A stretch of DNA of 64,000 bases from positions 270,323-334,322 of the forward strand of contig NJBG01000001.1 in the NCBI GenBank assembly GCA_005222965.1, in the 5' to 3' direction. The translations under genes and the position numbers were made by a program. This DNA comes from Candidatus Woesearchaeota archaeon B3_Woes (GTDB lineage Archaea; Nanobdellota; Nanobdellia; Woesearchaeales; B3-WOES). Shown one piece after another: positions 29,634 through 40,600 of this stretch; positions within the stretch are counted from its first letter, which is position 1, and each line of letters starts with the position of its first letter. Under the pieces are notes generated by a model, which worked only from the letters and a program-made list of their open reading frames with translations, searched no databases and was not told where the DNA came from.

Positions 29634-31490
29634 TTAAGATTTATATCTTCTTAATAATTTCTGAGTTTGTCTTGCATTATCTATCATAACTCTTGTATCC
29701 TCAATAGCCGTTCCAAAAAGGGGTGTTCTAGCTTCATTTTTATTCGCAGCAGCAATTTCTTCTAATAATTGTTCTTGTTCTTCAGGGTCTGCCATATAAA
29801 ATCGATCTATAAGTCCATTAGTGTCCATAACACTATGAAGCATATCTTCCACACGTGCTGCAGTTTTCTCATTAATTACTTTATCTTGCACCATCCTATT
29901 AACATAATCTGTAATCTCTTGTGGCTGAACTCTTGGTTTCATAACAAGATCTTTTATCCTATCATATGCATCAGGTACGTCTCTCTCTTTTAAGTAGGTA
30001 TTTATTGCAGAGGAGATTACTTGTGGCCCAGATTGATAAATTTCGTTCTCTAATGTAACAAAATTTGGTTCATATTTTTTTAATTCACCAATCAATCTTT
30101 TCGTGCCTATAATTGATAACATAATTGGATGAAATAATTCACGTTTTGTGATAGATCTTCTTAAATCTCCTTGTCCCCTATAAGCCACAATCGCATCTTT
30201 TATTGGATTCATCATACTGGTATAAATAGAAACTAGTGCTTCACAACCTTCTGCAAAAAAAGGATTTGTTTTTTGAGGCATAGCAGAAGAACCAGATTCT
30301 CCTTTTTGAGTCAGTTTTGCTAAGATTCCTCTAGATGCATAAAGCCAAACATCTGTTGCGGTTTTTTTTACAACAGATCCAACATTAACTAATACATCTA
30401 GTGCTTGTGCCAATGAGGCATTGCTACAATCCTGATCATTTCCTTTATCAACATAATTAAGACCAAATATATTTTCTACAATTTTCTTATACATTGGAGT
30501 AAAATCTATATCTGGGAATGTTGCTTTCATATCAACATCAGTGCCAATAGCTCCTGAAATTGTACCATCAATTTTGAACATATCTTTTTGTAAAAATGGT
30601 TTTGCATGCAGTTTAAGTTGTTCTGCAAGATTAGCATATACATGACCAAAGTTTTTTAATTGTGCCTTCTGCCCATGGGTTTCTGCTGTAAATGATGCAT
30701 CCATGTATTTTTCTGCTCTTTCTTCTAATTCAGATACAAAATCTGCTAAAACAGAAGTAACTTCTCCTATTGCAGCCATATAAAGTTGTCCTGTAACATT
30801 AGTATTAACATCTGCAGAAGTTCTTGCAAAATGAGTTATCTTTTTCATTAAATTATCATCTAATCCTAATTGTTGTGCCCTAATTGTTATCCAAGTATTT
30901 GCTGCAACAATATCGTGGTTTGTTCTTCTTTCAATAATTTTAATAGCAAGATAATCTTTTGTACGGAATTCCTTGTATATACTTCTTAATGTTTCTTTTT
31001 CTTCTTTAGTAAATGGTCTTTCTACTAAAGGAGTATCTACATCTCCCAATACGTCTACAAGCTCTATAACATATTCAATACCAAATTTCATTCTTCCTTG
31101 AACTAAAGCTTGTTCAGAACTTATATCCTTAAATGGACTAACAAATCTATTATATCTTCCTGTTGTAATCTCTTCAGAATCTCCTTTATCTAAAATAAGT
31201 TCTATTCTTGATTTTTGTTCTCTTCTTTCTGCAAAACCCTCATCAGGAATTCGCATTACTTCATCTAAAAATGTAAATTCTCCTAATCTAAGATTTTTAT
31301 CTAAAAGAAAAGAAACACTACCATCTGAAAAATTATATTCTTTTATTAAGGTTCCTGTTGCTTGTTCTAATTCTTTATTATATCTTTGCTGTAATCTTCC
31401 TTGTTCAACTGTTTCTAATTCAGATTTAGGAGTATCCAAATGTTGACTCAATTGATTTACTAACTCTTCAAAGGGTAGTTCTTGGTTCAT
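29634..31490 (-). CDS. purB: Adenylosuccinate lyase with N-terminal extension
   Basis: TNHD, THGQ and the fumarase-family signature GSSAMPQKTNP; operon context. Confidence 0.88.
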   Translation of the reverse strand: MNQELPFEELVNQLSQHLDTPKSELETVEQGRLQQRYNKELEQATGTLIKEYNFSDGSVSFLLDKNLRLGEFTFLDEVMRIPDEGFAERREQKSRIELILDKGDSEEITTGRYNRFVSPFKDISSEQALVQGRMKFGIEYVIELVDVLGDVDTPLVERPFTKEEKETLRSIYKEFRTKDYLAIKIIERRTNHDIVAANTWITIRAQQLGLDDNLMKKITHFARTSADVNTNVTGQLYMAAIGEVTSVLADFVSELEERAEKYMDASFTAETHGQKAQLKNFGHVYANLAEQLKLHAKPFLQKDMFKIDGTISGAIGTDVDMKATFPDIDFTPMYKKIVENIFGLNYVDKGNDQDCSNASLAQALDVLVNVGSVVKKTATDVWLYASRGILAKLTQKGESGSSAMPQKTNPFFAEGCEALVSIYTSMMNPIKDAIVAYRGQGDLRRSITKRELFHPIMLSIIGTKRLIGELKKYEPNFVTLENEIYQSGPQVISSAINTYLKERDVPDAYDRIKDLVMKPRVQPQEITDYVNRMVQDKVINEKTAARVEDMLHSVMDTNGLIDRFYMADPEEQEQLLEEIAAANKNEARTPLFGTAIEDTRVMIDNARQTQKLLRRYKS

Positions 31491-31492
31491 TT

Positions 31493-32596
31493 TTATGCTG
31501 CCATCTCTATTACCCCATAAGGTTTAAGTGCATCTACTATCTCTGCTCTAGCATCTCCTATTTCAGGAACAGGTTCTCCTGTTATTTTTTCTGCTAATCC
31601 TTTATATAATGCACTTGTTTCCATAAACACACTATCAGGAACTCTATAAGATTCTGCAAGTTGTGTTCTCTCATCCATTCTACTTTTATTTACTAAAACA
31701 TCTCTATCAGGTACACTAGCCTGAAGAGCTTCCCTAAACATTTCTTTAGATTCTTCTACTGTTTGACCTCGTTGATATAACTCCTTATCCCAATATCTTG
31801 AAGAATCTGGTGTTCCAATTTCATCAATATAAATCAATTGTTGTTGACCATCAACTAAAACATAACCAAACTCAAATTTAGTATCAACAAAAACTTTTCC
31901 AACAGCATCAAGTTCTCTATCTATTAAACTAAATCCTTCTGTTAATAATCTCTCATATAATTCTACATCTGCTTGTGATTTAAATCCAAACGCAGTATAG
32001 TTATCTAAAATTTGTTGTCTTGTTACATTAACATCATCTACTTCTGGTACACCAGGTATTCCTCTAAGAAGCCCTTTGGTAGAAGGTGTAATTAATAATT
32101 GGTCTAATCTTTGATCTTTCTTTAAACCTTCCGGAACAGATATACCACAAATTTCTCTATCTCCTTTTTCATAACCTCTCCACATACTTCCTGTAATATA
32201 TTGTCTTGCAATCGCTTCAACCATAACTGGTTCTGCTCTTTGAACAATCCAAACTAAAGGATGAGGTGTAGCTACAATATGATTTCCTGCTAATCCTTCT
32301 TGTTCAAATCTTTCGAACCAATGTTTTGATATTGCATTCAAAGATGCTCCTTTTCCAGGAATACCTTTTAACCCACTTTCAGTTTCCCATGTAAATTCAT
32401 AAGCAGATATTCTGTCACTAATAACTAGGGCGCCCAATTCTGGATTAGATCCACTAAAACCAGTTTGTTCTGCTACTCTTTGACTATCTTCTTGACTAAA
32501 CCAATAAGCAGATCTCACCTTTCCGTCATGTACATCTCCTTGGTGTCTTATTGGTAAATCATTTGTTTTAACAATTGCTAAATTTTCTACAGACAT
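31493..32596 (-). CDS. purC: SAICAR synthetase, long (Vibrio-like) type
   Basis: DLPIR...HDGKVRS.YW, ISDRISA, DTKFEFG, DEIGTPDSSRYW. Confidence 0.93.
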   Translation of the reverse strand: MSVENLAIVKTNDLPIRHQGDVHDGKVRSAYWFSQEDSQRVAEQTGFSGSNPELGALVISDRISAYEFTWETESGLKGIPGKGASLNAISKHWFERFEQEGLAGNHIVATPHPLVWIVQRAEPVMVEAIARQYITGSMWRGYEKGDREICGISVPEGLKKDQRLDQLLITPSTKGLLRGIPGVPEVDDVNVTRQQILDNYTAFGFKSQADVELYERLLTEGFSLIDRELDAVGKVFVDTKFEFGYVLVDGQQQLIYIDEIGTPDSSRYWDKELYQRGQTVEESKEMFREALQASVPDRDVLVNKSRMDERTQLAESYRVPDSVFMETSALYKGLAEKITGEPVPEIGDARAEIVDALKPYGVIEMAA

Positions 32597-32635
32597 TTTT
32601 TACATCCTCCATTTATTTATTTTTTAATGATTAAT

Positions 32636-34006
32636 TTAATTTTTGCTAATTCCACCTATAACTGCAGCTTGTCTATCAACACCTTCAACACTATGTCTAA
32701 AATTATCATTAACGTATTTTACTACTTCGTCTGCAATGTCTGGTGATACTGTTATAGTAAATCCAACACCCATATTAAACGCCTCATACATTGCTTCCAT
32801 ATCAGCTCCATGCTTTCTAAAATGTCTAACAATTGGAGGTAAAGGTAATATTTCTCTTTGAACATCTGCCAGTAATCCCTCTGGAATCATTCTTTTTATG
32901 TTATCGCTTTGTCCTCCTCCTGTTATATGTGCTGTTGCTTTAATTTGTCCTTGATATTTTGAAAGTATTCCTTCTGACTTCTCATTTCCAAACAATATAT
33001 CTGTATATGGAATATGTGACTTTGAGAGCTCTCTTGTTATCGCTTCATGTGTAAGATCCCCTACTTCAGGCTCACCTATCATTTCTAAGTATTTTCTTGC
33101 AAGACTATATCCATTTGTCATTAAACAGTCGGTTGCAAATCCAATTATTACGTCGTTTGCTTTTACATCTTCTCCAGTAATCATATTTTTTTCATCAATA
33201 ACCCCAATAACTGTTCCAGCAATATCAACCTGTCCAGAATTATATTCATCAGATTTTACCATAACATAAGGGTCTAATGCTTTTATTCCCAAAGTATCAC
33301 AAATCTTTTGGGATTTTGCAACAATTTCTTCAAGTGCTCCTTTTTCAACATTTCCTGCAACATATAAAGAAAATGCAACAGGTTTAACACCTATCGCTCC
33401 TAAATCATTGCTTCCATGGTAAATTATATCTCTTGGATCTTTCACAATTCTTGTTTTTGTTCCAGTACCATCAGTACTTCCACAAAGAAGTGGCCTATCC
33501 ATATTTTTTATTAATTTTGCAAGATCTACTGTTGTTCCTTGATTTCCATTAAATAATAAACTAACATAAGCATCTTGTTGTCCTGGTTTATATGTTCCTG
33601 GCATTTCAGCACTCTCTCCACCAATCGTAGGAACGTCATGTTCAAGCAGCCCTTCCTTTGCAATTGCTATTGCAAATGATGGAAACCACTCATTCATATC
33701 GGGACCAGCACAATAATCTAATAATGCAATTGGGGTAGTTCCTTCTTTTATTTGATTAAATGCAAGCTGTGTTACATTTTGTCCCATTTCTTCCGGAGTT
33801 TTTCCTCTAAGAAGAGAAGCACATATAATACCAATTGGAACACTATCTTCTCCTTTAAGGTGACTTATATCTACTGCACCACCAAAAGAACCTTCAGCAT
33901 TTAATCCAAGATCATTAAGTCCTTGTTTTATTCTAGCATTGACTTTATTTTGAGCTATAAGTGAAACTCCTGCATCTGCATAATCTATATCTGAAATATC
34001 TTCCAT
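32636..34006 (-). CDS. purM: AIR synthetase with duplicated N-terminal domain
   Basis: YADAGV, GGESAEMP, STDGTGTK, TNGYSLAR, AHITGGG, FNMGVG. Confidence 0.9.
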   Translation of the reverse strand: MEDISDIDYADAGVSLIAQNKVNARIKQGLNDLGLNAEGSFGGAVDISHLKGEDSVPIGIICASLLRGKTPEEMGQNVTQLAFNQIKEGTTPIALLDYCAGPDMNEWFPSFAIAIAKEGLLEHDVPTIGGESAEMPGTYKPGQQDAYVSLLFNGNQGTTVDLAKLIKNMDRPLLCGSTDGTGTKTRIVKDPRDIIYHGSNDLGAIGVKPVAFSLYVAGNVEKGALEEIVAKSQKICDTLGIKALDPYVMVKSDEYNSGQVDIAGTVIGVIDEKNMITGEDVKANDVIIGFATDCLMTNGYSLARKYLEMIGEPEVGDLTHEAITRELSKSHIPYTDILFGNEKSEGILSKYQGQIKATAHITGGGQSDNIKRMIPEGLLADVQREILPLPPIVRHFRKHGADMEAMYEAFNMGVGFTITVSPDIADEVVKYVNDNFRHSVEGVDRQAAVIGGISKN

Positions 34007-34016
34007 TTTAATCCTC

Positions 34017-34568
34017 CTAATCTATTTTAAGCAATCTTCTTTGGTATTTTTGTCTAATAGTGATATCATCTCCTTGAAGTGATTCAACCTTTCTATAATT
34101 TCTATCATTTAATAAATCTCTAGCGCCAGGATGAACGCTAGAAAACATTTGCGAAAGAAATTTACCAACATTTTCTGGTCTTGCAATATAAGCATTACTG
34201 CTTCCTGGTGGGTTTGTTAAACAAGATTCATTAGGTACATCAGGAGGGCAACTTATAACTGGGTGAAGTGAATGATAAGATACAGTACCTGACAAAGCAT
34301 CTGTTCCTCCTGCTACTGCAATAATCGCAAGAGGTTGATTAAATTGATTGTATTCTCCTATCATTTCCATTAATTTGTCTGGTTGTTTATGTGCTGAACA
34401 CACTCTTACATCATAAGGAATAGCGTGAAATTCAAGAGAGTCTGCTATTTTCTCTATATGTGAAGGTTTACCTTCTTGTTTTGGTTTATCATCGCTTCCT
34501 GAACCAGCCATAATAACTGCAAAACCATGTCCTTGTTCAATTAATTCTCTTATTTGATCATCTATCAT
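34017..34568 (-). CDS. purE: AIR carboxylase PurE, class II-like
   Basis: GSGSD, SAHK, IAVAG, PVISCPP. Confidence 0.85.
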   Translation of the reverse strand: MIDDQIRELIEQGHGFAVIMAGSGSDDKPKQEGKPSHIEKIADSLEFHAIPYDVRVCSAHKQPDKLMEMIGEYNQFNQPLAIIAVAGGTDALSGTVSYHSLHPVISCPPDVPNESCLTNPPGSSNAYIARPENVGKFLSQMFSSVHPGARDLLNDRNYRKVESLQGDDITIRQKYQRRLLKID

Positions 34569-34580
34569 TTTATTTACCTC

Positions 34581-35450
34581 CTATGCAGCACGTTGAAAAC
34601 CTTCATAAGGCATTACTTTGTCATCAACATAAACTCCTCTCCATTCATTGTGATGGATGTTTTCTGTACCTAAAGCAATTCTTCCATTTGCTATCATCTC
34701 TAAAGCTCCTGTTAAAGCAGGCCAATCACTCCTTACCTTTTGCATACTTTGATGAGCATCTGCATATTCTCTTAAACATTCTTCTCGCTCTGCATCTGTC
34801 CCTTGCAAAAATTCATGCCAAACTTCTACTTCTGGACCTTGTGTTAAAATTTCTCCATGATCTACACCTTTATCAACCATTATTACTGAAGATTTTGTTG
34901 ATGTTTCTCCTGCCTTTACTACATCGTAAACAGCATTGTCCCCTACAAAAACCCTATAAAATTCTGGAATACCATCAACTACCTTTTCATGTTGTTTTAC
35001 TATAGATAAATCAGCAGGATGAACATTAATTATTTTATCCTTGTATGCTTCTAGTAAAGGCTCCATAACTAGTCTCATATATCCTCCTAAAACAACTAAA
35101 TCAAAAGGAGCTTCTTGTATTTCTTCATACTTATGTAATAAATCAACAATTGCTTGATTAAACTCTAGACTTCTCTCTTGATATTCTGATTTTAATTGAG
35201 AATTTCCTTGTGCTTTTTTCCAGCTTCCACAAGATTTATACCCATTAATAGATTCCTTCATAACTCCTCTTCCCAATGATAATTCTTCCAAATCAAATAA
35301 ACTAGCACTAGGTCTATCAGAAAATATTAAAGAAGGTGTTATAACTTTAGCACACTCTCTTAGATTAGTTCCACTACCAGAACCAAAACCTGCCCAATGA
35401 AAATCTTCTGGTTTTCCTGAATAAATAGGTATTTTTTCTTCTATTTGCAT
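34581..35450 (-). CDS. purN: GAR formyltransferase
   Basis: GSGSGTNL, LGGYMR, INVHPA, GVDHGEIL. Confidence 0.88.
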   Translation of the reverse strand: MQIEEKIPIYSGKPEDFHWAGFGSGSGTNLRECAKVITPSLIFSDRPSASLFDLEELSLGRGVMKESINGYKSCGSWKKAQGNSQLKSEYQERSLEFNQAIVDLLHKYEEIQEAPFDLVVLGGYMRLVMEPLLEAYKDKIINVHPADLSIVKQHEKVVDGIPEFYRVFVGDNAVYDVVKAGETSTKSSVIMVDKGVDHGEILTQGPEVEVWHEFLQGTDAEREECLREYADAHQSMQKVRSDWPALTGALEMIANGRIALGTENIHHNEWRGVYVDDKVMPYEGFQRAA

Positions 35451-36757
35451 AAAGCCTTTGCTCCAATATCTGTTCTAAAATAAAATGGATGATTATTATT
35501 AAGAGCTATTGTGGCAACATTAATCAAATCTACTGCTTCATAAACTCTTTCTTGAGCTTCTTTCAATCCTTTCGGAGAATATGCAGTAACATCTAAGACT
35601 CTTCCGCCTGTTGCTATTATGTCCCCTTCTCTATCTACTCTAGTTCCTGCATGGAATATTTTAACTCCTTTTAAATCAGAAGCTTCTTCTAATCCCTCTA
35701 TTAAATATCCTGTTTTAGGACTTTCAGGATAACCATTAGAAGCCATAACAACACAGCATGAAGCTCCTGGTTTTAAACTAAGGTCTATTTCATCAAGTTT
35801 TCCATCCAATGCTAAAGATATAGAATCATATAAACTTCCATCGAGCATCATCATTGCAGGTTGAGCTTCAGGATCTCCAAACCTTGCATTAAACTCTAAA
35901 ACCTTTGGTCCATCTTCTGTCATTATCATACCAGCATATAAAAATCCCTTATATTCAGATCCTAAACTCTTCATTTGTTGGACTACTGGTGTCATTACTC
36001 TATCTGCAACAAATCTTAAAACTTCATCTGAAGCAATAGGAGCAGGACCATAAGCACCCATTCCGCCAGTATTAGGACCTTTATCTCCATCTAATAAAGG
36101 TTTATGGTCTTGGAAAGCTGCAGGAATTGTATAAACTCCATTACCATCTGAAAATCCAAAAACAGAAAATTCCTGACCAAATAATCTTTGGGATATTAAT
36201 ACTTCTTCACCATATATTTTAGCATGTTTGGTTATTTGTTCTAGTGCTTGTATTCTTGAATCACAAACATAAACCCCTTTTCCGCCTGTAAGACCATCTG
36301 CTTTAATAACAATTCCTTCAGAAGTTGCCATTTTTATAATGGCTTTTTCAGCTTCCTCTACTGAAAAACACATTTCAAAATCTGCTTGTGGTATGTTTGC
36401 TCTCTTCATTACTTCTGCTGAAAAAAATTTACTAGATTCTAATTTAGTAGCATCTCCTGTAGGACCAAAAACTCTATCATAACCCTCTCCATTAAGATAA
36501 TCAACTAATCCTTCTGCTAAAGGCCCTTCAGGTCCAACTATAGTTACACCTATATTTTCTTTTTCAATTATTTTTAATAAATCAGGAAAATTTTCTTTTT
36601 TTATACCTGATTCAATATGTCTTACTTTTTCTTCTTGTGCTATTCCTGCATTTTCAGCACCAATTTGAATAACTTCTGAAACATCTTTATCTTGAGCAAG
36701 TGTCCAAATTAATGCGTGCTCTCTTCCACCATTTCCTATAACTGCAACATTTTCCAT
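35441..36757 (-). CDS. purD: Phosphoribosylamine--glycine ligase
   Basis: GNGGREHA, VGPE, KADGL..GKGV, GPNTGGMG, EFNARFGDPE. Confidence 0.96.
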   Translation of the reverse strand: MENVAVIGNGGREHALIWTLAQDKDVSEVIQIGAENAGIAQEEKVRHIESGIKKENFPDLLKIIEKENIGVTIVGPEGPLAEGLVDYLNGEGYDRVFGPTGDATKLESSKFFSAEVMKRANIPQADFEMCFSVEEAEKAIIKMATSEGIVIKADGLTGGKGVYVCDSRIQALEQITKHAKIYGEEVLISQRLFGQEFSVFGFSDGNGVYTIPAAFQDHKPLLDGDKGPNTGGMGAYGPAPIASDEVLRFVADRVMTPVVQQMKSLGSEYKGFLYAGMIMTEDGPKVLEFNARFGDPEAQPAMMMLDGSLYDSISLALDGKLDEIDLSLKPGASCCVVMASNGYPESPKTGYLIEGLEEASDLKGVKIFHAGTRVDREGDIIATGGRVLDVTAYSPKGLKEAQERVYEAVDLINVATIALNNNHPFYFRTDIGAKALCK

Positions 36758-36768
36758 TTTAATTCCTC

Positions 36769-37635
36769 CTATAATAAATTTTCAACAACATAATCAATTC
36801 CATTTCTAAAAATTTGTAATCCTAATCCTTCATGAGGTAAATCTCCTGATCTCTTTAACCTATCAGCCACACATGGATGAGATAAATCTATATAATCCCT
36901 ACCAAGTATTTCTTGTAAAGAAGCTAAAGGATGATTACGAGGATGATTATATCTTTCTGGATGAGGCATTAAACCAAGTATTCTTCCAGTTTTATCACAG
37001 ATTCCAGCAATAGAAGAATAAGAACCATTAGGATTATCAGGAAATTTCATTGTAGGATTTCCTTCTTGATCTGCATATTGATATACAACTTGTCCTTGTT
37101 CAAATAAATCTTTAATAGTTGATTCATCAGCTACAAACTTACCTTCACCATGTGCTACAGGCATCTCAATATCATTAACCCCTTTTGTCCATATGCATGT
37201 ATCATTATAACTTTTTAGTCTAACCCATCTGTCTTCAAATCTTTGACTGTCATTATATGTTAATGTAACTGTTTGTTCTTCTGAATTTCCTGGCAAAAAC
37301 CCAGCTTGTACAAGAACTTGAAATCCATTACAAATACCAATAACTAATTTACCATCATCAATAAATTGTTGAACTTCTTCTCCTAAATATTTTCTTAAAT
37401 CCTGTGCAAAACTCTTTCCTGCTCTAATATAATCTCCCTTAGAAAATCCTCCAGGAATAGCAAGAATATGATAGTCATCCAAGCTAACCTCTCTTTGTGT
37501 GACAGAATCATACTTTTCTCTCAAAGAATTAATATGAACTATTTCACTATTTCCTCCTACTAAATCAAAAGCTCTCTTTGTTTCTCTATCACAATTTGTT
37601 CCATCTGTTCTTATTACACAAACTTTTGGTTTCAT
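36769..37635 (-). CDS. purQ: FGAM synthase glutaminase subunit
   Basis: GTNCD, PGGFSKGD, GICNGFQ, AHGEG, MPHPER. Confidence 0.95.
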   Translation of the reverse strand: MKPKVCVIRTDGTNCDRETKRAFDLVGGNSEIVHINSLREKYDSVTQREVSLDDYHILAIPGGFSKGDYIRAGKSFAQDLRKYLGEEVQQFIDDGKLVIGICNGFQVLVQAGFLPGNSEEQTVTLTYNDSQRFEDRWVRLKSYNDTCIWTKGVNDIEMPVAHGEGKFVADESTIKDLFEQGQVVYQYADQEGNPTMKFPDNPNGSYSSIAGICDKTGRILGLMPHPERYNHPRNHPLASLQEILGRDYIDLSHPCVADRLKRSGDLPHEGLGLQIFRNGIDYVVENLL

Positions 37636-37636
37636 C

Positions 37637-40600
37637 TTAATTCTGTATTTCTCCTTTATTTGCTTCTCTTGCTACCTCAACAGTTGTAGAAAAAACTGTT
37701 TTACCATTATATTTCACATTCATCTGATTATCTAAACCAACAATTCCTATTTTTCTTATATAATTTCCTTCCATTTGTTTTTCAAATTCTGCTTGCTGTG
37801 TTGGATGAATTGTTACAACAGATCTTCCTGTTGTTTCAGAAAATAATATTTTATCTGCTCTACCTAAACCTTCATCAAGTGAACTCAAATCTGCATCAAA
37901 TCCAATATCCCCAGACATTGCAGAATTTATAAGACCTTCTGCTAATCCTCCTTTAGTTAAATATCTTACAGAATGAACTAATTGAGATTCTGTTGCTTCA
38001 CTTAAAGAAGAATATCTTGGTTTTATTTCTTCCAAATTAGACTTAGGAACATTTCTTCCTGTTTCTCTTTGCATTAAATAAAATTCACTTCCACCCAACT
38101 CATCTCTAGTGTCCCCTACAACATAAATAAGATCTCCAGGAAGTTTAAAATCACTAGTAGTCAATGTTGAATCATCAGGCATAACAGCCATCGCACTCAT
38201 TAATAATTCTGGTTTTGCTTTTACAGTAACTTTTTTTCCTGTTTTAGTGCTTATATAATCTCTTTGTACTGAGGTGCTGTCTTTACCAGAAATTCTTGGA
38301 GTTCCAAATGCTAACTCAGCATCAGCAGAACCTTTTAGCATTCTAATAACTTGAGCAGCTATATGAGGATCTTCTTCAGGTTTAGGACAAGTAATATTTC
38401 CATTAAATGTCAGTTTATATGTATCTTTATCAGGAAGTTTTCCTCCTGCTGAAATTACCTTTCCAACAGCATCAACGACATTATTAACACCCATGTGATA
38501 AGCATCAATATCCCCCTGCCATGGATTAGACCCCCATGTTTCAATAACAATTTCGCTATGCTCTGGTTCTGGTCTACTAGCAACAACATCATTTTTGCCT
38601 TTTCCCAAACCAACCAAAGGTTTTATTCTGCTTCCTCCCTGAACTTCATGATCAAATCTTGTTACAATCCAATCATAAGTTTGTAAATTTGGTCTTCCTA
38701 TCATTTCTAAAGCAACATCAGTTAAATCCTCTAAAACAGGTAGTTCTGGTTCTTTAAATTCACAAGGCTTCCAATGAGCTTCAATTGTCATTTGAGGTAA
38801 TTCTGTTCCTATAAACTCAATTGGAAGATAAGCTATTGGAGTGTCTTGATCAAGAACATGGTAATCTCCACTATTATTGAAATCACCCATTACTGTTAAA
38901 TCAACATTATTCTGTTCGCAAATTTCTATAACTCTATTCATATTTTCTGGTTTAATAACAAGAACCTCTCTTTCCTGAGCTTCTGAAACAAGCTTTTCCC
39001 ATCCTGTCAATCCTTTATATTTTTCAGGAACATGGGTTAAATCCATTTTTATTCCGCCCTTTCCGTTTGTTTTCGTTGAAAAGATTTCTCCAGATTTGAT
39101 TTCTGACTTTATTTGGTCAATAAAAAGGGAAGCGATTCTATTTACATCAATAACATCAGAAGCAGCTTTTAGTCTATCGTCATAAGAACTTTCTAAAGTA
39201 ATTCCTTTTTCTTCAAAAACATTTTGTAATTCATACCTTTTTTGTTCTAAATCGTTTAATAATTCTGTAAGTTCGCCAACAGCAGAATTCCAACCACCTG
39301 CTCCACAATCTTGAGTAGCTTCAACTAAATCTAATTGTTGTAATAGATTCATAACCTCAAAAACGCCTTTTTCAACAATTGGATCTCCGATTTGTACTGC
39401 CTGACTAACATCCTTTCTTTCTTCTGCATCTGCTTTTATATCAGTTGAAGATGCTGTTGCTCCATGTATTCCATCTTTTCCAACCTTTCCTCCCAAAGAC
39501 ACAGCAACATATCCTGGTCTAATATCTTTTGTATGTGTCTTTCTTCCATTGATTTCAGCTTCAACAGTAGCTAAACCACCTACATAACAAACGCACTTAA
39601 GCCAACCTGGATCAACCATAACATTTCCACAACTTGTTGGAATTCCCATCTTATTTCCATAATCTTCAACACCATCAACCATCCCTTCTAATGTTCTTGT
39701 AGGAGTTTGTATATCAAGTGGGAGATCGTTATAATAATTAGGATGAGCAACTCTAAATCCATATTGACTTAAACGAACAATCATTCCCTTTCCTACACTT
39801 ATAAGATCCCTAAGGATTCCTCCAACACCAGTATTTGACCCACCAAAAGCATCTAAAGCAGTAGGAAAATTGTGTGTTTCAACCTTATGAGAAATATTTA
39901 TCCTATCGTTTAATTTTATAGCACCTGCATTATCTTCAAGTACAGAAACAAGCCAATCGATCCCTTTAGCTATCTTTTGTGTTGTTTCCTGTATCATTGT
40001 TTTAAAAACATTATCAACAACAGGGGGTAATTGGGATTCGTCATTTGAATCTTCAGAAGTGTATTTCCAAATTGCTTTTAATTTTTTATGAATGCAATGT
40101 TCAGACCAAGATTGTCCAAAAGCCTGTAATTCTGCATCTGTTGGTATTGCCTTTAATCCTGCTTTTTCTCTTCTTGCAATAAAATCAGGATCATAAGAAC
40201 CATCATATAATCCTTTTATTTTGCTGAATTCTTCTGAATTCAATTCTAACATCATTGCATTGCTTAATTCCCTTAATTTTCCAGAACTTATATTAATATC
40301 AACATATTCAAACGCTGGAATTTCTGGTAAATCAACAACAGGGAAATGAAATCCAATACCATTTGAAGTCCATTCGCTACTATCTATTTTAAGAAAATCA
40401 TTGATAAGAGGATTGCCTATTTGTTTTTGTAAAAGAATATAATCTGTTTCATTTAGTTCTCCTCCCCACAAGTATTGTTCTGAAAATGATACAGGTCCAA
40501 TTTCTCTATCTAAAACTTTTTGTATTGCGTTTCTTGCTTCTTTTCCTTCAGGATCATTCACACCAGGTCGAGGGGATTTTTCTATAACTGCTTCGTTCCG

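Noticed and set aside
39060..39270. PurL insertion as a mini-intein
   Set aside because: No N-terminal C/S block and no C-terminal HN-C/S/T motif; too short.
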